Shown piece after piece: positions 48,854 through 57,419 of a DNA stretch of 64,000 nt. The notes beneath the pieces were generated by a model. That model was not told the origin of the DNA and ran no database searches. It worked only from the letters and a program-made list of their open reading frames with translations. Every line of letters begins with the position of its first letter. The first letter of the stretch is position 1. The position numbers and the translations under genes are program-made. Origin of the DNA: a virus (lineage: Duplodnaviria > Caudoviricetes); the IMG/VR virus record IMGVR_UViG_3300037067_006488, positions 13,284 to 77,283 of that record. One strand, given 5' to 3'.

Positions 48854-49502
48854 ATCTTAATGGTTTAGGTATATAATTGTCGGGGAACTCATTAAAGTCT
48901 GCGAGGTCGTCGCCCTTCTCTATCCTGCTTACAATATCTTCCATCCTTAGATTCAGGCTTACCTGTTTGCTGGTTTGATACAAAGCCCTCTTCATGTCCG
49001 ACACTTCGTCTCCCCCGAATATCTTTCTCTCCAACACGTCTACCTCAGTCCTTACCTTTGCGATAAGGGGAACAAGATTGGTAATCTTATCCTGAACACT
49101 CGACATGGCAACCAAGTCCACAAATATCCTCGCATAAGCAGTATAAGCCATATAATCCATTCCCATAGACAATAGACAATATTCTGCCATCATGCGGTTA
49201 GCATCCATATCTCCGCCTGCAAGCATATTTTCTATTTCTTCGTTGAATTTGTTGGTGCGTGGATTAAGGACAAACCCTGCGGTAAGAGCACACATCATCT
49301 TACGGTGCGGTAACACGCTGATAGTCTTACGTAACTCGCTCTGCGGATCGTACATCAAACAGATATATGTCAGGAGTTTACGCTTGTTAACATTCTTAAT
49401 CTCTGGTTTGAAATATTCGCTAACGGACGTTAGCTTTTCTACGAAATCGGTAGCGTTGGGATTGTAAACAAACTTAGTTGTATCTACATCTTTGATGGTC
49501 AT
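48825..49502 (-). CDS. Putative terminase small subunit or conserved packaging-associated protein
   Basis: Overlaps the terL start; helical. Confidence 0.4.
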   Translation of the reverse strand: MTIKDVDTTKFVYNPNATDFVEKLTSVSEYFKPEIKNVNKRKLLTYICLMYDPQSELRKTISVLPHRKMMCALTAGFVLNPRTNKFNEEIENMLAGGDMDANRMMAEYCLLSMGMDYMAYTAYARIFVDLVAMSSVQDKITNLVPLIAKVRTEVDVLERKIFGGDEVSDMKRALYQTSKQVSLNLRMEDIVSRIEKGDDLADFNEFPDNYIPKPLRYAGKEISNE

Positions 49503-49512
49503 ATCCTTGGTT

Positions 49513-49797
49513 TTAGTTGCCCAAAGATAGACAAATCAGCGTAACCCATATTAACACAATATCCATGCTTATGCAGACGTGCCTCGTTACCTTCTCTAAA
49601 ATGATGTCTGTGTTGTTTACTCTTTTGGGGATATTGGGCATCATCTCTTCCCTGCACTCGGAATGTCTTTTTAGGTACTTTTTAAGCCATATCCTGAACT
49701 TTTCCCTATCCTCTCGTGTCCACGTCCGCTTATCCCCCGAATCGGAAGAGAATCTATCTAATTGCGTTTTTATCGCATTGTAATCTTGTGGTTTCAT
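49513..49797 (-). CDS. Hypothetical protein
   Basis: Intact ORF with C-terminal hydrophobic segment. Confidence 0.45.
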   Translation of the reverse strand: MKPQDYNAIKTQLDRFSSDSGDKRTWTREDREKFRIWLKKYLKRHSECREEMMPNIPKRVNNTDIILEKVTRHVCISMDIVLIWVTLICLSLGN

Positions 49798-49870
49798 CTT
49801 TTATCCCTTGACGCAATAAACCAAATTAACCCAAACATAAATAAAACATACAGCAACATCCAAATTATAT

Positions 49871-50755
49871 TCATATCCCCCAAGCCTCCAACCTTTGAAC
49901 AATAGACCCTGATTTAAGGTATTGAAGATAATCGTTTATATCTTTATAAGGTTGGAATAAATTTCTTTTATCTTGTTTGTTGGGGTGCTCTATCTTCTGA
50001 AACCACTCGTCCCCTGCATTATCGTTGTCGCATAGATACACAACTCTTTCGTACTTTGAGAAGTCTATATATGTGATATGACCGATGCTGTTAAGAACAA
50101 TATAGGTTGCTGTTGCTGCATAACCCCAAAGCGTAACAGCCGACAAGAAATCCATAAAGCCCTCTAAAAGCACTAATGTTTTATTGTCGGGGTTCAGCGT
50201 TGTTAGGTACTTAGGCGAATTGCTTAGTTTGGTTGTTTTGTTTCTGAACTCGCAGCCACCCTTATCCGATTCCCACGATATAACAGTCTTACGATATTTA
50301 CCCCTATCCCCCTGCATTTCTATCCTCGCCTGTTTGCAGAACTTCTGTGCAATGAAAAGAGGTATCCCTCTCCCCTCAAGATAGCGTGTAAGATAAGATG
50401 ATGTTATCTTCTCGGAATACAGAACTTTGATCGCCTGTTCTTCGGGTTCTTTTGTGGGCATCTTGTCCCAAATTGTTTCTTTCTTGGGGGCAAAATCTCC
50501 TGACAAAATAGAACAAGCACCTTTAAAATCAACACCTTCCAACCGCATAACTAAATCTATAACGCTGCCCCCCTCGTGCGAACCAAAATCATACCACGTA
50601 TTTTTGTTTTTATACGCATGGAAACTTGGTTTTGCCTCCGATCTCCAAGGGGACAAATACTTGTAAGACTTGCCCCTTACATTTCGGGGCTCAATCCCCT
50701 TGGAGTGAAGGTACTCAACACAACTTATAGACTTCAGCAGTTCCAGGTCTTTCAA
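49871..50755 (-). CDS. DNA primase (CHC2-like zinc finger + Toprim)
   Basis: YLSPWRSE.KPSF...WYDFG...GGSVIDLVM; LLEGFMDFLS; CDNDNAGD. Confidence 0.85.
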   Translation of the reverse strand: MKDLELLKSISCVEYLHSKGIEPRNVRGKSYKYLSPWRSEAKPSFHAYKNKNTWYDFGSHEGGSVIDLVMRLEGVDFKGACSILSGDFAPKKETIWDKMPTKEPEEQAIKVLYSEKITSSYLTRYLEGRGIPLFIAQKFCKQARIEMQGDRGKYRKTVISWESDKGGCEFRNKTTKLSNSPKYLTTLNPDNKTLVLLEGFMDFLSAVTLWGYAATATYIVLNSIGHITYIDFSKYERVVYLCDNDNAGDEWFQKIEHPNKQDKRNLFQPYKDINDYLQYLKSGSIVQRLEAWGI

Positions 50756-51051
50756 TCTTTCTTTAGTTCTAAGAGTTCTTTTTCTTCTTGTTCGATAGCT
50801 TCGCTTACCTGAAGGAGTAATCCCTCGTAAATCTTTCTTGCTCGTTTCTTGTCGGCAATGCTTTCTTCAAGCCTCTGCAACTTGTGTTCTTTCCTCTCTA
50901 CAAGGTCGTAACCTTCAGGGAAAAAACTTCTGCTAATCCAATCTAATCCGTAAGTAGTATACATGGTTTTATGGTTTAAATTCTTTGACACGCAACCCAC
51001 CAACATCGTGCCATTCAGCCATCTCTTCTTTGTCTTCTGCCATAATGCCAA
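50752..51051 (-). CDS. Hypothetical coiled-coil protein (start uncertain)
   Basis: C-terminal coiled coil; overlaps the primase start. Confidence 0.4.
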   Translation of the reverse strand: MALWQKTKKRWLNGTMLVGCVSKNLNHKTMYTTYGLDWISRSFFPEGYDLVERKEHKLQRLEESIADKKRARKIYEGLLLQVSEAIEQEEKELLELKKD

Positions 51052-51460
51052 CAGTTGCCCTGCTTAATGACAAAGCGGCAGCATCTCTCTTAGACTTGAT
51101 ATACCCCGCCAACAACACTGAATAATTTGCAAGGTCGCAAAGCGTGTCTTCTATCTTCTCGTCTTCAACACTTAACACACCCTTCTTTACAAACGTGTTT
51201 ATCCGGCTCATCTTGTCCATCATCCTCGTAAGAAAACCCTGTTCGGTAGAGGCTATCCCCGATCTCTCTACAACCGTAAAGTTAGCAAAGGGATTGTCGT
51301 CCTCAAATCCTGCATAGTCGTTGTTTTTTGCGGCTGTTATAGCAATCATCTTGTCGCAAAACTGCCTGTGAAATTCAAAGTATTCCTTCTTCGACATAAT
51401 TCTTGTATTTACAGATATTTGTAAAATCGTAAAAAACCTTAATACCCGATGCTTCTGCAA
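50969..51460 (-). CDS. DUF1599-like (nucleotide-modification-associated) protein
   Basis: KNNDYAG...PFANF...RMMDK.SRI...EDTL.DLANY. Confidence 0.65.
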   Translation of the reverse strand: MQKHRVLRFFTILQISVNTRIMSKKEYFEFHRQFCDKMIAITAAKNNDYAGFEDDNPFANFTVVERSGIASTEQGFLTRMMDKMSRINTFVKKGVLSVEDEKIEDTLCDLANYSVLLAGYIKSKRDAAALSLSRATVGIMAEDKEEMAEWHDVGGLRVKEFKP

Positions 51461-51734
51461 GGGCTATCTCCCGTTTTGTGCCTTCTGACGTTTCCCATCC
51501 GGGAACAACAAAAAGACAATCGGAAGCAAGAAGCCAAGGCTGGCTGTTATCAAAATAATCTTCGTATTCAAATTCCCCGTCTACGATGCCTTCTAAAAAA
51601 TCCAAACAAGGGACGTAAACAACAAACCCTCTGCGTCTTAACGCACGAGCAGCAACTATCATTCGGTGCATATTCTGGATATATCCGACAGCATCGGAAT
51701 TTAGCTTCCCCCCAACGTACACTTTAAGTTTCAT
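51375..51734 (-). CDS. Nucleoside-deoxyribosyltransferase-like / DUF4406-like protein
   Basis: VYVGG...VYVP...L..SDCLFVVPGWETSEGTKREI..A. Confidence 0.65.
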   Translation of the reverse strand: MKLKVYVGGKLNSDAVGYIQNMHRMIVAARALRRRGFVVYVPCLDFLEGIVDGEFEYEDYFDNSQPWLLASDCLFVVPGWETSEGTKREIALAEASGIKVFYDFTNICKYKNYVEEGIL

Positions 51735-51993
51735 TATTCTTGTGTTTATTCATAAAATCTTTGTGAACCTGTAAGAGATAGTCAATGTATTGTTTCTTGT
51801 CGCCGTATTCTATATGTTCTTCCCTTGTTAATGCCATCAGATTTTCGATATTGTCCTTGGTTTTAGAACCGCCCATCCCTTTGCACGAGATGTGGTGGAT
51901 GTCTGTTGCCATATTACCGCTTATCTCAGATGGGATGAAATCGCCAATACTATATTCGAAATAGTCCATGTATACCTTAACGTGACGCTTCAT
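51724..51993 (-). CDS. Small HNH-like protein
   Basis: DIHHI..KGMGGSK.KD.IENLMALTREEH. Confidence 0.55.
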   Translation of the reverse strand: MKRHVKVYMDYFEYSIGDFIPSEISGNMATDIHHISCKGMGGSKTKDNIENLMALTREEHIEYGDKKQYIDYLLQVHKDFMNKHKNNET

Positions 51994-52298
51994 TCTCTTT
52001 GTTCGTTATAACACACGGGACAGCCCACTCCATTTAAATGTTCTTGGGGGTTAATTTCAAAAACACCGTGTACACCACAAACCACCTTAATCTTTGTTTT
52101 GGCGTTTATATAAACAACGTCTCCATAATCATAAGTATTACCGTGTACGGCCCTTGCTTGCTGACCAAAATAATTGTTCTTATTGACGGCAGTCTCTATG
52201 GTGGGCTTATGTCCTTTCTTATAATGGTCTGTTCTAACACGACACGCCCCATATTCTGTTTCAACAACCATATAATCTTTATTATGACTCATCGCCAA
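51990..52298 (-). CDS. DUF723-like zinc-ribbon protein (homing-endonuclease remnant)
   Basis: HGNTYDY..V.Y.NAKTK..V.C..HG.F...P..HL.G.GCP.C. Confidence 0.65.
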   Translation of the reverse strand: MAMSHNKDYMVVETEYGACRVRTDHYKKGHKPTIETAVNKNNYFGQQARAVHGNTYDYGDVVYINAKTKIKVVCGVHGVFEINPQEHLNGVGCPVCYNEQRE

Positions 52299-53350
52299 TA
52301 TTTTTTATCCCCCATATAAAAACCCTTATCGAAAACAGTAATAAACTCTACCGCAACCCTGTTTATAATCCCGTTTTTATCTCTATATAAATGAACAAAG
52401 CCACCGCCAACGTGGGCTTCTATCTTTTTTTTTCGCATAAATATAGACTGATCTTGGGTTGTCCCCATTTGTATGGTGTGCACATTACGAACATGAGCAT
52501 ACATTAATTTATGATAATGACCTATAAACAATACAGACGGCTTCTCCCCTCCTTGCAGAGATTCCACTATTTTTTGAGGAGCATAACTTGTGGCATACGC
52601 ACTCCCACCTCCAGCGTGCATAACCCTTATCCATGAATCATTAACAAAGCCACCTTCATTTATTTCAATATCGGCCTCAACATACCCCAAGTGTTTCATG
52701 TCGTTATACCCTGCTTGTTCTCTTTTCATTTGAAAGTATTCTCCAATATTAACACCCTCTCTCTGTGAATACCAACCCTCATGGTCGTCACCAGACACAA
52801 ACCAGGTCTTAATTCCTTTACGATAAGGATAATTTTTCACGGCATATTCTATCTGTTTAGTCATCCCCTTTACGTGAATTTCGTTTTTGTTGAACGAAGC
52901 CTCTCCGTCTATCCAGTTTCCCCCATTTAAAACAACCCCAATGCCCTCTCCTGCACAAATGTCATAAATAAGGTTTAAGACATCAAGCCTTTCAAAGTGA
53001 CTACATAAATGATTATCTGCCGTAAAACCAAAACTAACCTTATCCCCCATCCACATTATTTCATTAAACAAAGACAATTTTGCTCCTTCTGTGGGTTCGG
53101 AAATACCAACCAACTCATTGATTGTTACGCTATATTTAGCATCTTGTAGTTTTTGTAGTTCGATCCTCGCTTTGCTTGGCGTTGTATCTAAATAATCACA
53201 AACATCTTCGAGTGTCTTCCCTTTGCCCTTTAAAAAGGACACAAGGTCTTGGTTTACACAATCACAGTCACTAACAACATCGTGTTGTTTTCTGTGGTTT
53301 AATAAAAAACCATACTCTTCCTCGTTAAGTCTTGGTCTGTATTGCCTCAT
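52289..53350 (-). CDS. Metallophosphoesterase with N-terminal HTH-like region
   Basis: ADNHL, GGNWIDG, GDDHE, H.GGG, GHYH motifs. Confidence 0.75.
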   Translation of the reverse strand: MRQYRPRLNEEEYGFLLNHRKQHDVVSDCDCVNQDLVSFLKGKGKTLEDVCDYLDTTPSKARIELQKLQDAKYSVTINELVGISEPTEGAKLSLFNEIMWMGDKVSFGFTADNHLCSHFERLDVLNLIYDICAGEGIGVVLNGGNWIDGEASFNKNEIHVKGMTKQIEYAVKNYPYRKGIKTWFVSGDDHEGWYSQREGVNIGEYFQMKREQAGYNDMKHLGYVEADIEINEGGFVNDSWIRVMHAGGGSAYATSYAPQKIVESLQGGEKPSVLFIGHYHKLMYAHVRNVHTIQMGTTQDQSIFMRKKKIEAHVGGGFVHLYRDKNGIINRVAVEFITVFDKGFYMGDKKYWR

Positions 53351-53351
53351 G

Positions 53352-54434
53352 CTATTCGTATTTTAATAAGAAATTAGGAGACACAACTTTAAAAGAGATA
53401 CCCTTGTCGTAATTACGCCACACCAACCCCTCTCTTTCTACATCGGACAGCTTAGATTTACCGTTAGCTGATTCTAATGCTTCTTTTATTGTTGGGGGTA
53501 ATATCCAATCTAACCCCAACATGGGCACTGTTTTCAACGGTGCAACCATATTTTGAAGAGGATAATTGTCCACATACCAAGGGCCAACAACGCAATTAAA
53601 AACATAAAATTCGTTTTCTACCCTTTTATACTTGTTGCCCTGTATTTTAGGGCCTATAATCTCCCCCTGTATAACAACAGTATCGCAAGAATACACCCCA
53701 AACAACCCCCTTAAAACACTTTCGATATTATATTTTTTCGCAACATCCCAATAAGGAGAGTTGTCTGATTTTAATATTTGGAAGTTTCTGCTACACACCC
53801 CAAAGATATACGGCTTAAATAATGCCGACAAACCCTTATTTCTGACAAGAAAATAGGTTGCAGACGTTCCGTCTATTTTTTCCGTTACCTGAAACATAGT
53901 ATCCTTTTCTGTTTCACATATTTCGGGGAACAACTGTATCCGATCTTCGTCGGTCTTCTTAATGAAGTTGGGGAAAGGAAGACGATCAGGACGCAATAAT
54001 CTTCTATACCAAGCGTATCTTTTAAAGAACTTGTCCATTCTGTTTTTATGGATAGAAGTCCTTTCTAATGCGTATTTTCTCTCAGCCTCTAATTGAGGGT
54101 CGTATTTAACAACCCCCATGTCGGTAGTAACGTCATCCCCCTCTTTATAATAGTCTTGTAGTTTAAGAACCGATAGAGGGAAACATATCCCCTGGCTAAC
54201 TTGTCCTTTAAGTCTTATTGTGCGCACCCTGAACTTACGCTCCCGCAAAAACTCAAACTCAGGACGATCCGGTAATATAGAGTCTATCTCTACGTACACA
54301 ACGAGATCGCCCACCTTAAATTGTCCTTTAACCACAACAACAGACCAACCTAAAACAGTAGCAACCTCTATCTTATCAGCCCCTTCTATTGGGGCAATAG
54401 CCGTTATTCTTTGGATGCTTGCGAGCTTTCGCAT
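53352..54434 (-). CDS. ATP-dependent RNA ligase (DRB0094/Rnl5-like)
   Basis: N-terminal RKLASI...IEGAD.IE.A...GW.VVV.KG.F..GD..VY.EIDS; TEKIDGTS, QGE, EGLV, FKVVS motifs. Confidence 0.9.
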   Translation of the reverse strand: MRKLASIQRITAIAPIEGADKIEVATVLGWSVVVVKGQFKVGDLVVYVEIDSILPDRPEFEFLRERKFRVRTIRLKGQVSQGICFPLSVLKLQDYYKEGDDVTTDMGVVKYDPQLEAERKYALERTSIHKNRMDKFFKRYAWYRRLLRPDRLPFPNFIKKTDEDRIQLFPEICETEKDTMFQVTEKIDGTSATYFLVRNKGLSALFKPYIFGVCSRNFQILKSDNSPYWDVAKKYNIESVLRGLFGVYSCDTVVIQGEIIGPKIQGNKYKRVENEFYVFNCVVGPWYVDNYPLQNMVAPLKTVPMLGLDWILPPTIKEALESANGKSKLSDVEREGLVWRNYDKGISFKVVSPNFLLKYE

Positions 54435-54637
54435 TTCTTCCCTATTAAATCATTCCTTACAGGTATAATAGTAAAACCAAGGGCATCAAAAAGAGTCTCT
54501 ACAACATTGTAATTAAGACTCCTCTTGCCGTTCTCAAAGCGACTGATGGCGCTCATAGAGCACCCTGTTTTCTTCCCTAAGACCTCGATAGAGACCTTCT
54601 GTAACTTTCTTTGTTCTCGTAAATAAGAAGGGTTCAT
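54404..54637 (-). CDS. XRE-family HTH regulator
   Basis: LREQRK..KVS...LG...G.S.SAISRFENG. Confidence 0.8.
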   Translation of the reverse strand: MNPSYLREQRKLQKVSIEVLGKKTGCSMSAISRFENGKRSLNYNVVETLFDALGFTIIPVRNDLIGKKCESSQASKE

Positions 54638-54858
54638 ATAGGTAATTCTAATTTTAGAAGTTTTGTTTCTTTATACAAATCACTATCACACTCTAAATAA
54701 AGACTAATGGTTTTATCGTCTGCTGGTAACAACACAATATCCCTCCAATTAGGTTTGTTTACAGACGAATAAGCCTTAGAGAACTTCCCTATAAGCAGGT
54801 AGTATGTTTTTGTTGTCGGCAACGCAACCTCCTCAACCTTGATCTCCTCTGCTTGCAT
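54634..54858 (-). CDS. Hypothetical protein
   Basis: Overlapping start and stop with neighbours. Confidence 0.5.
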   Translation of the reverse strand: MQAEEIKVEEVALPTTKTYYLLIGKFSKAYSSVNKPNWRDIVLLPADDKTISLYLECDSDLYKETKLLKLELPI

Positions 54859-55402
54859 TTTCTAATCTTTTAGAGTAATTTATTCCAACAAACAAACGAA
54901 TCCCCGTCGGTATATCTTTGACAATTTCAACCGTAGGGTTATAAGAATATAGACTCAACGTATCTCCGTCAACTTCCACAACCTGATACGGGCAAGGATA
55001 ACTCTTGTTAAGATATTTAAACGATATAAGGACATCATCTCCAACGCAAAGACCGGGATGGCCTGCTTGCACCCGGAGATAACAAGACTGAGTTTTTTTA
55101 ATAGGGGACAACAACTGCATAGTGGGCCTTATTCCGTGATAAATTTCATAACAAGACTCAAGCCCCTTTTCTTTCATGGTTCTTACCTCTTCCTCGGTAA
55201 TGTCATAGGCAACATCTTCACCCATTAACATATATTTACCCCCGTTCTGTTGAAAAGAATAAGACACACAACTGGTAGAGGAATATACAGCCTCCTTGAC
55301 ATCTTCAGCTAAATCACTGAAACTCCTTAACTCTAACGGAACGGTATATAAATCCCCGTCTTCGTTTTGTTTGAAAATCTTAACCGTTTTTGCTGCTTCC
55401 AT
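54833..55402 (-). CDS. Hypothetical protein
   Basis: Likely start MEAAK at 55402, directly downstream of a consensus promoter. Confidence 0.55.
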   Translation of the reverse strand: MEAAKTVKIFKQNEDGDLYTVPLELRSFSDLAEDVKEAVYSSTSCVSYSFQQNGGKYMLMGEDVAYDITEEEVRTMKEKGLESCYEIYHGIRPTMQLLSPIKKTQSCYLRVQAGHPGLCVGDDVLISFKYLNKSYPCPYQVVEVDGDTLSLYSYNPTVEIVKDIPTGIRLFVGINYSKRLENASRGDQG

Positions 55403-55417
55403 ATCTTTAATTTTAAA

Positions 55418-55448
55418 CAAAGATAAACAATCTTGTTGAATTGGCAAA
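55418..55448 (-). promoter_or_regulatory. Bacteroidota consensus promoter
   Basis: Minus strand TTTG-N19-TATCTTTG. Confidence 0.8.
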
Positions 55449-55566
55449 CTGTTTTTGGGATTTATTTGTAAATCAATATGATTATTTTTATTGCATGAAT
55501 ATTTGGTGGTTTAATTTATTTGTTGTATCTTTATCCTATTCTCAGTGACTATTAATTTTTATTAGT

Positions 55567-55601
55567 ACCCGCCTCCATTTTTTAGGGGGCGGGTTTCTTT
55601 T
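55567..55601. terminator. Intrinsic terminator (bidirectional potential)
   Basis: ACCCGCCTCC/GGGGCGGGT stem; TTTCTTTT on the + side. Confidence 0.75.
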
Positions 55602-55896
55602 ATTGCTTGTTGTTAAGCATAATGGGAATAACAATAATATCTCCCCCAATAATAAAATCCTTCTCCATTAAATAAAAATCAACGCCATCGTATCGAAAAA
55701 TATAAGCGTTATCGTATCCGTTAATATATGGTTTTGTGAAAGACTCAAGCCCAATACAAGACTCAAACTCTTGACGAGCCTTTGGGGAAACATAAAGCTC
55801 GCACGCAAGAAAACGATAATCAGCAAGCCTAATAAAAGAGTTTAAATACGTAAATATACGCTCGTTAACATTGTCATTAAAATAATATGTTAGCAT
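55600..55896 (-). CDS. Hypothetical protein
   Basis: Likely start MLTYYF at 55896. Confidence 0.45.
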   Translation of the reverse strand: MLTYYFNDNVNERIFTYLNSFIRLADYRFLACELYVSPKARQEFESCIGLESFTKPYINGYDNAYIFRYDGVDFYLMEKDFIIGGDIIVIPIMLNNKQ

Positions 55897-55906
55897 AATA
55901 TTAAGT

Positions 55907-56086
55907 TTATTCTGTTGTGTTGTTTTTAGTTTGTTCTGTGTCGTCAACTTGATCGCTTACTAAATACTTAATAAAGTCAGCACAGCCGTTGCCATATTTA
56001 GTAAAAAGCCCTTTTCTAACCTTTGGTTCTTCCCACAATGACCCCTCCGCCGGGTTATAAACCATCTTTCCTGATTTGTTTTTCAT
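55907..56086 (-). CDS. Small hypothetical protein (59 aa, not in track)
   Basis: Hand translation MKNKSGKMVYNPAEGSLWEEPK..., starting 5 nt after the invertase stop. Confidence 0.4.
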   Translation of the reverse strand: MKNKSGKMVYNPAEGSLWEEPKVRKGLFTKYGNGCADFIKYLVSDQVDDTEQTKNNTTE

Positions 56087-56091
56087 ATCAC

Positions 56092-56700
56092 TTATTTTAA
56101 TCCTCTTTCTTCAACATACTTCCTTAACGTTATCCTATCGCATTCCAACTTCTTCGCCATCTTGACATACGTGTATCCCCGATCCAGATACTCCCTGATT
56201 CTCTTTTCGTGTTGGTAGAGCTTGCGTTTTTCGGGGTCGGTACGCCTACCTTCCCTTCGCCCCAAAATAACACCCTCAGACTTCTTTCTCTTTAAAGCCT
56301 CTTTTACCCTTTGCGAAATCATATTCCTCTCTATCTCCGAGGCTATCCCTAATATCATGGCAACAACAGGAGACATCAAATCGTCCTTCAGTTCATATCC
56401 TTCCTTGATGGAGTAGATAGACACACCCTTCTCCAAACAAGTTCTGATAACATCCATTACCCCGAACATCCTGCGGGACAACCGGGAAATCTCCGTTACG
56501 ATAAGTTTGTCGCCTTTTTGCAGGGTGTCGAATATAGCGCCGAAGTTCCTGTCCGATACCTTGGACGCTCCGGTAATGACATCTGCAACCCAATCCGTAA
56601 CCTCAAACTCCTTGCGCCTGCAAAACTCCTCTATCTCGAAACGCTGATTTGCGTTCTCCTGTTTGTCGGTTGACACCCTTAAATATGCTATCGTGCGCAT
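56092..56700 (-). CDS. Small serine recombinase, Mpi-like DNA invertase
   Basis: AYLRVSTDKQ catalytic Ser, GD.LIVTEISRLSR, EIERNMIS.R.KEAL...K.EG..LGR, C-terminal HTH. Confidence 0.88.
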   Translation of the reverse strand: MRTIAYLRVSTDKQENANQRFEIEEFCRRKEFEVTDWVADVITGASKVSDRNFGAIFDTLQKGDKLIVTEISRLSRRMFGVMDVIRTCLEKGVSIYSIKEGYELKDDLMSPVVAMILGIASEIERNMISQRVKEALKRKKSEGVILGRREGRRTDPEKRKLYQHEKRIREYLDRGYTYVKMAKKLECDRITLRKYVEERGLK

Positions 56701-56785
56701 TGTCTAATTGTTTTATGTAATAAAAGAACTCTTAACCACCCCCGTTAGGGGTGTGTTGCCTTTATCGTTGTTGTGTAAAAACGCA

Positions 56786-57133
56786 TTATCCTTTTGATTT
56801 GCTTCCTTCCAATAAAAGACTTATTTCTAAATCCCCCTTCCATCCCTCTTTGCTTAAAACCTTTAATTCACAATCAAGAATGTCGGCATACAATTCAATT
56901 TTTTCCAACGTAATTTCACTTATTCCACGCTCATACAGACTTAATGTTTCGCTGCGCACCCCAAGCCTTGCGGCCATATCCTTAATCGTCATCTTTCTCT
57001 CCTTGCGTACCTTTACAAGCGTCGCCATAAGACCAACGCCCCGCTTTGTAACTTGTTTAACAAAAACAGATTTTATAAAACGACAAACCCTATTCCATAA
57101 AGCCCACCAAAAGCCAATCTCCTTTTTCCTCAT
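56786..57133 (-). CDS. XRE-family HTH regulator
   Basis: RKERKMT...MA..LGV....LSLYERG; true start may be internal. Confidence 0.75.
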   Translation of the reverse strand: MRKKEIGFWWALWNRVCRFIKSVFVKQVTKRGVGLMATLVKVRKERKMTIKDMAARLGVRSETLSLYERGISEITLEKIELYADILDCELKVLSKEGWKGDLEISLLLEGSKSKG

Positions 57134-57138
57134 ATACC

Positions 57139-57372
57139 CTATATAACAATAAATTTAATCTCCAACCCCATCGCCCTCGCATACGCCTTAGTATTCTCAA
57201 AGGTCAACGCAGTCTCGCCCCTTTCATAACGACTTAAACTCGTCCTGGTTATCCCAATAGCCTCCGCTACCTTCCCCTGCTTCATGTGTATCATCTTCCG
57301 ATACCCCACCAACATCTTTCTTGTCTCATCATCCCCTTTATTAGCCGTTTTTTGTACCACTTTTTGTACCAT
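57139..57372 (-). CDS. XRE-family (Cro-like) HTH regulator
   Basis: RK...MKQ..VA..IGITRTSLSRYERG; upstream TATATTTG (57412-57419). Confidence 0.8.
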   Translation of the reverse strand: MVQKVVQKTANKGDDETRKMLVGYRKMIHMKQGKVAEAIGITRTSLSRYERGETALTFENTKAYARAMGLEIKFIVI

Positions 57373-57419
57373 ATCACCTCTCCACTCGCTTATTTATAAT
57401 ATTTCAGTACACAAATATA

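Noticed and set aside
56092-56700. Serine recombinase as the IS607 TnpA partner of the TnpB
   Set aside because: It lies 45 kb away and has a C-terminal HTH (resolvase/invertase layout), whereas IS607 TnpA has an N-terminal HTH.
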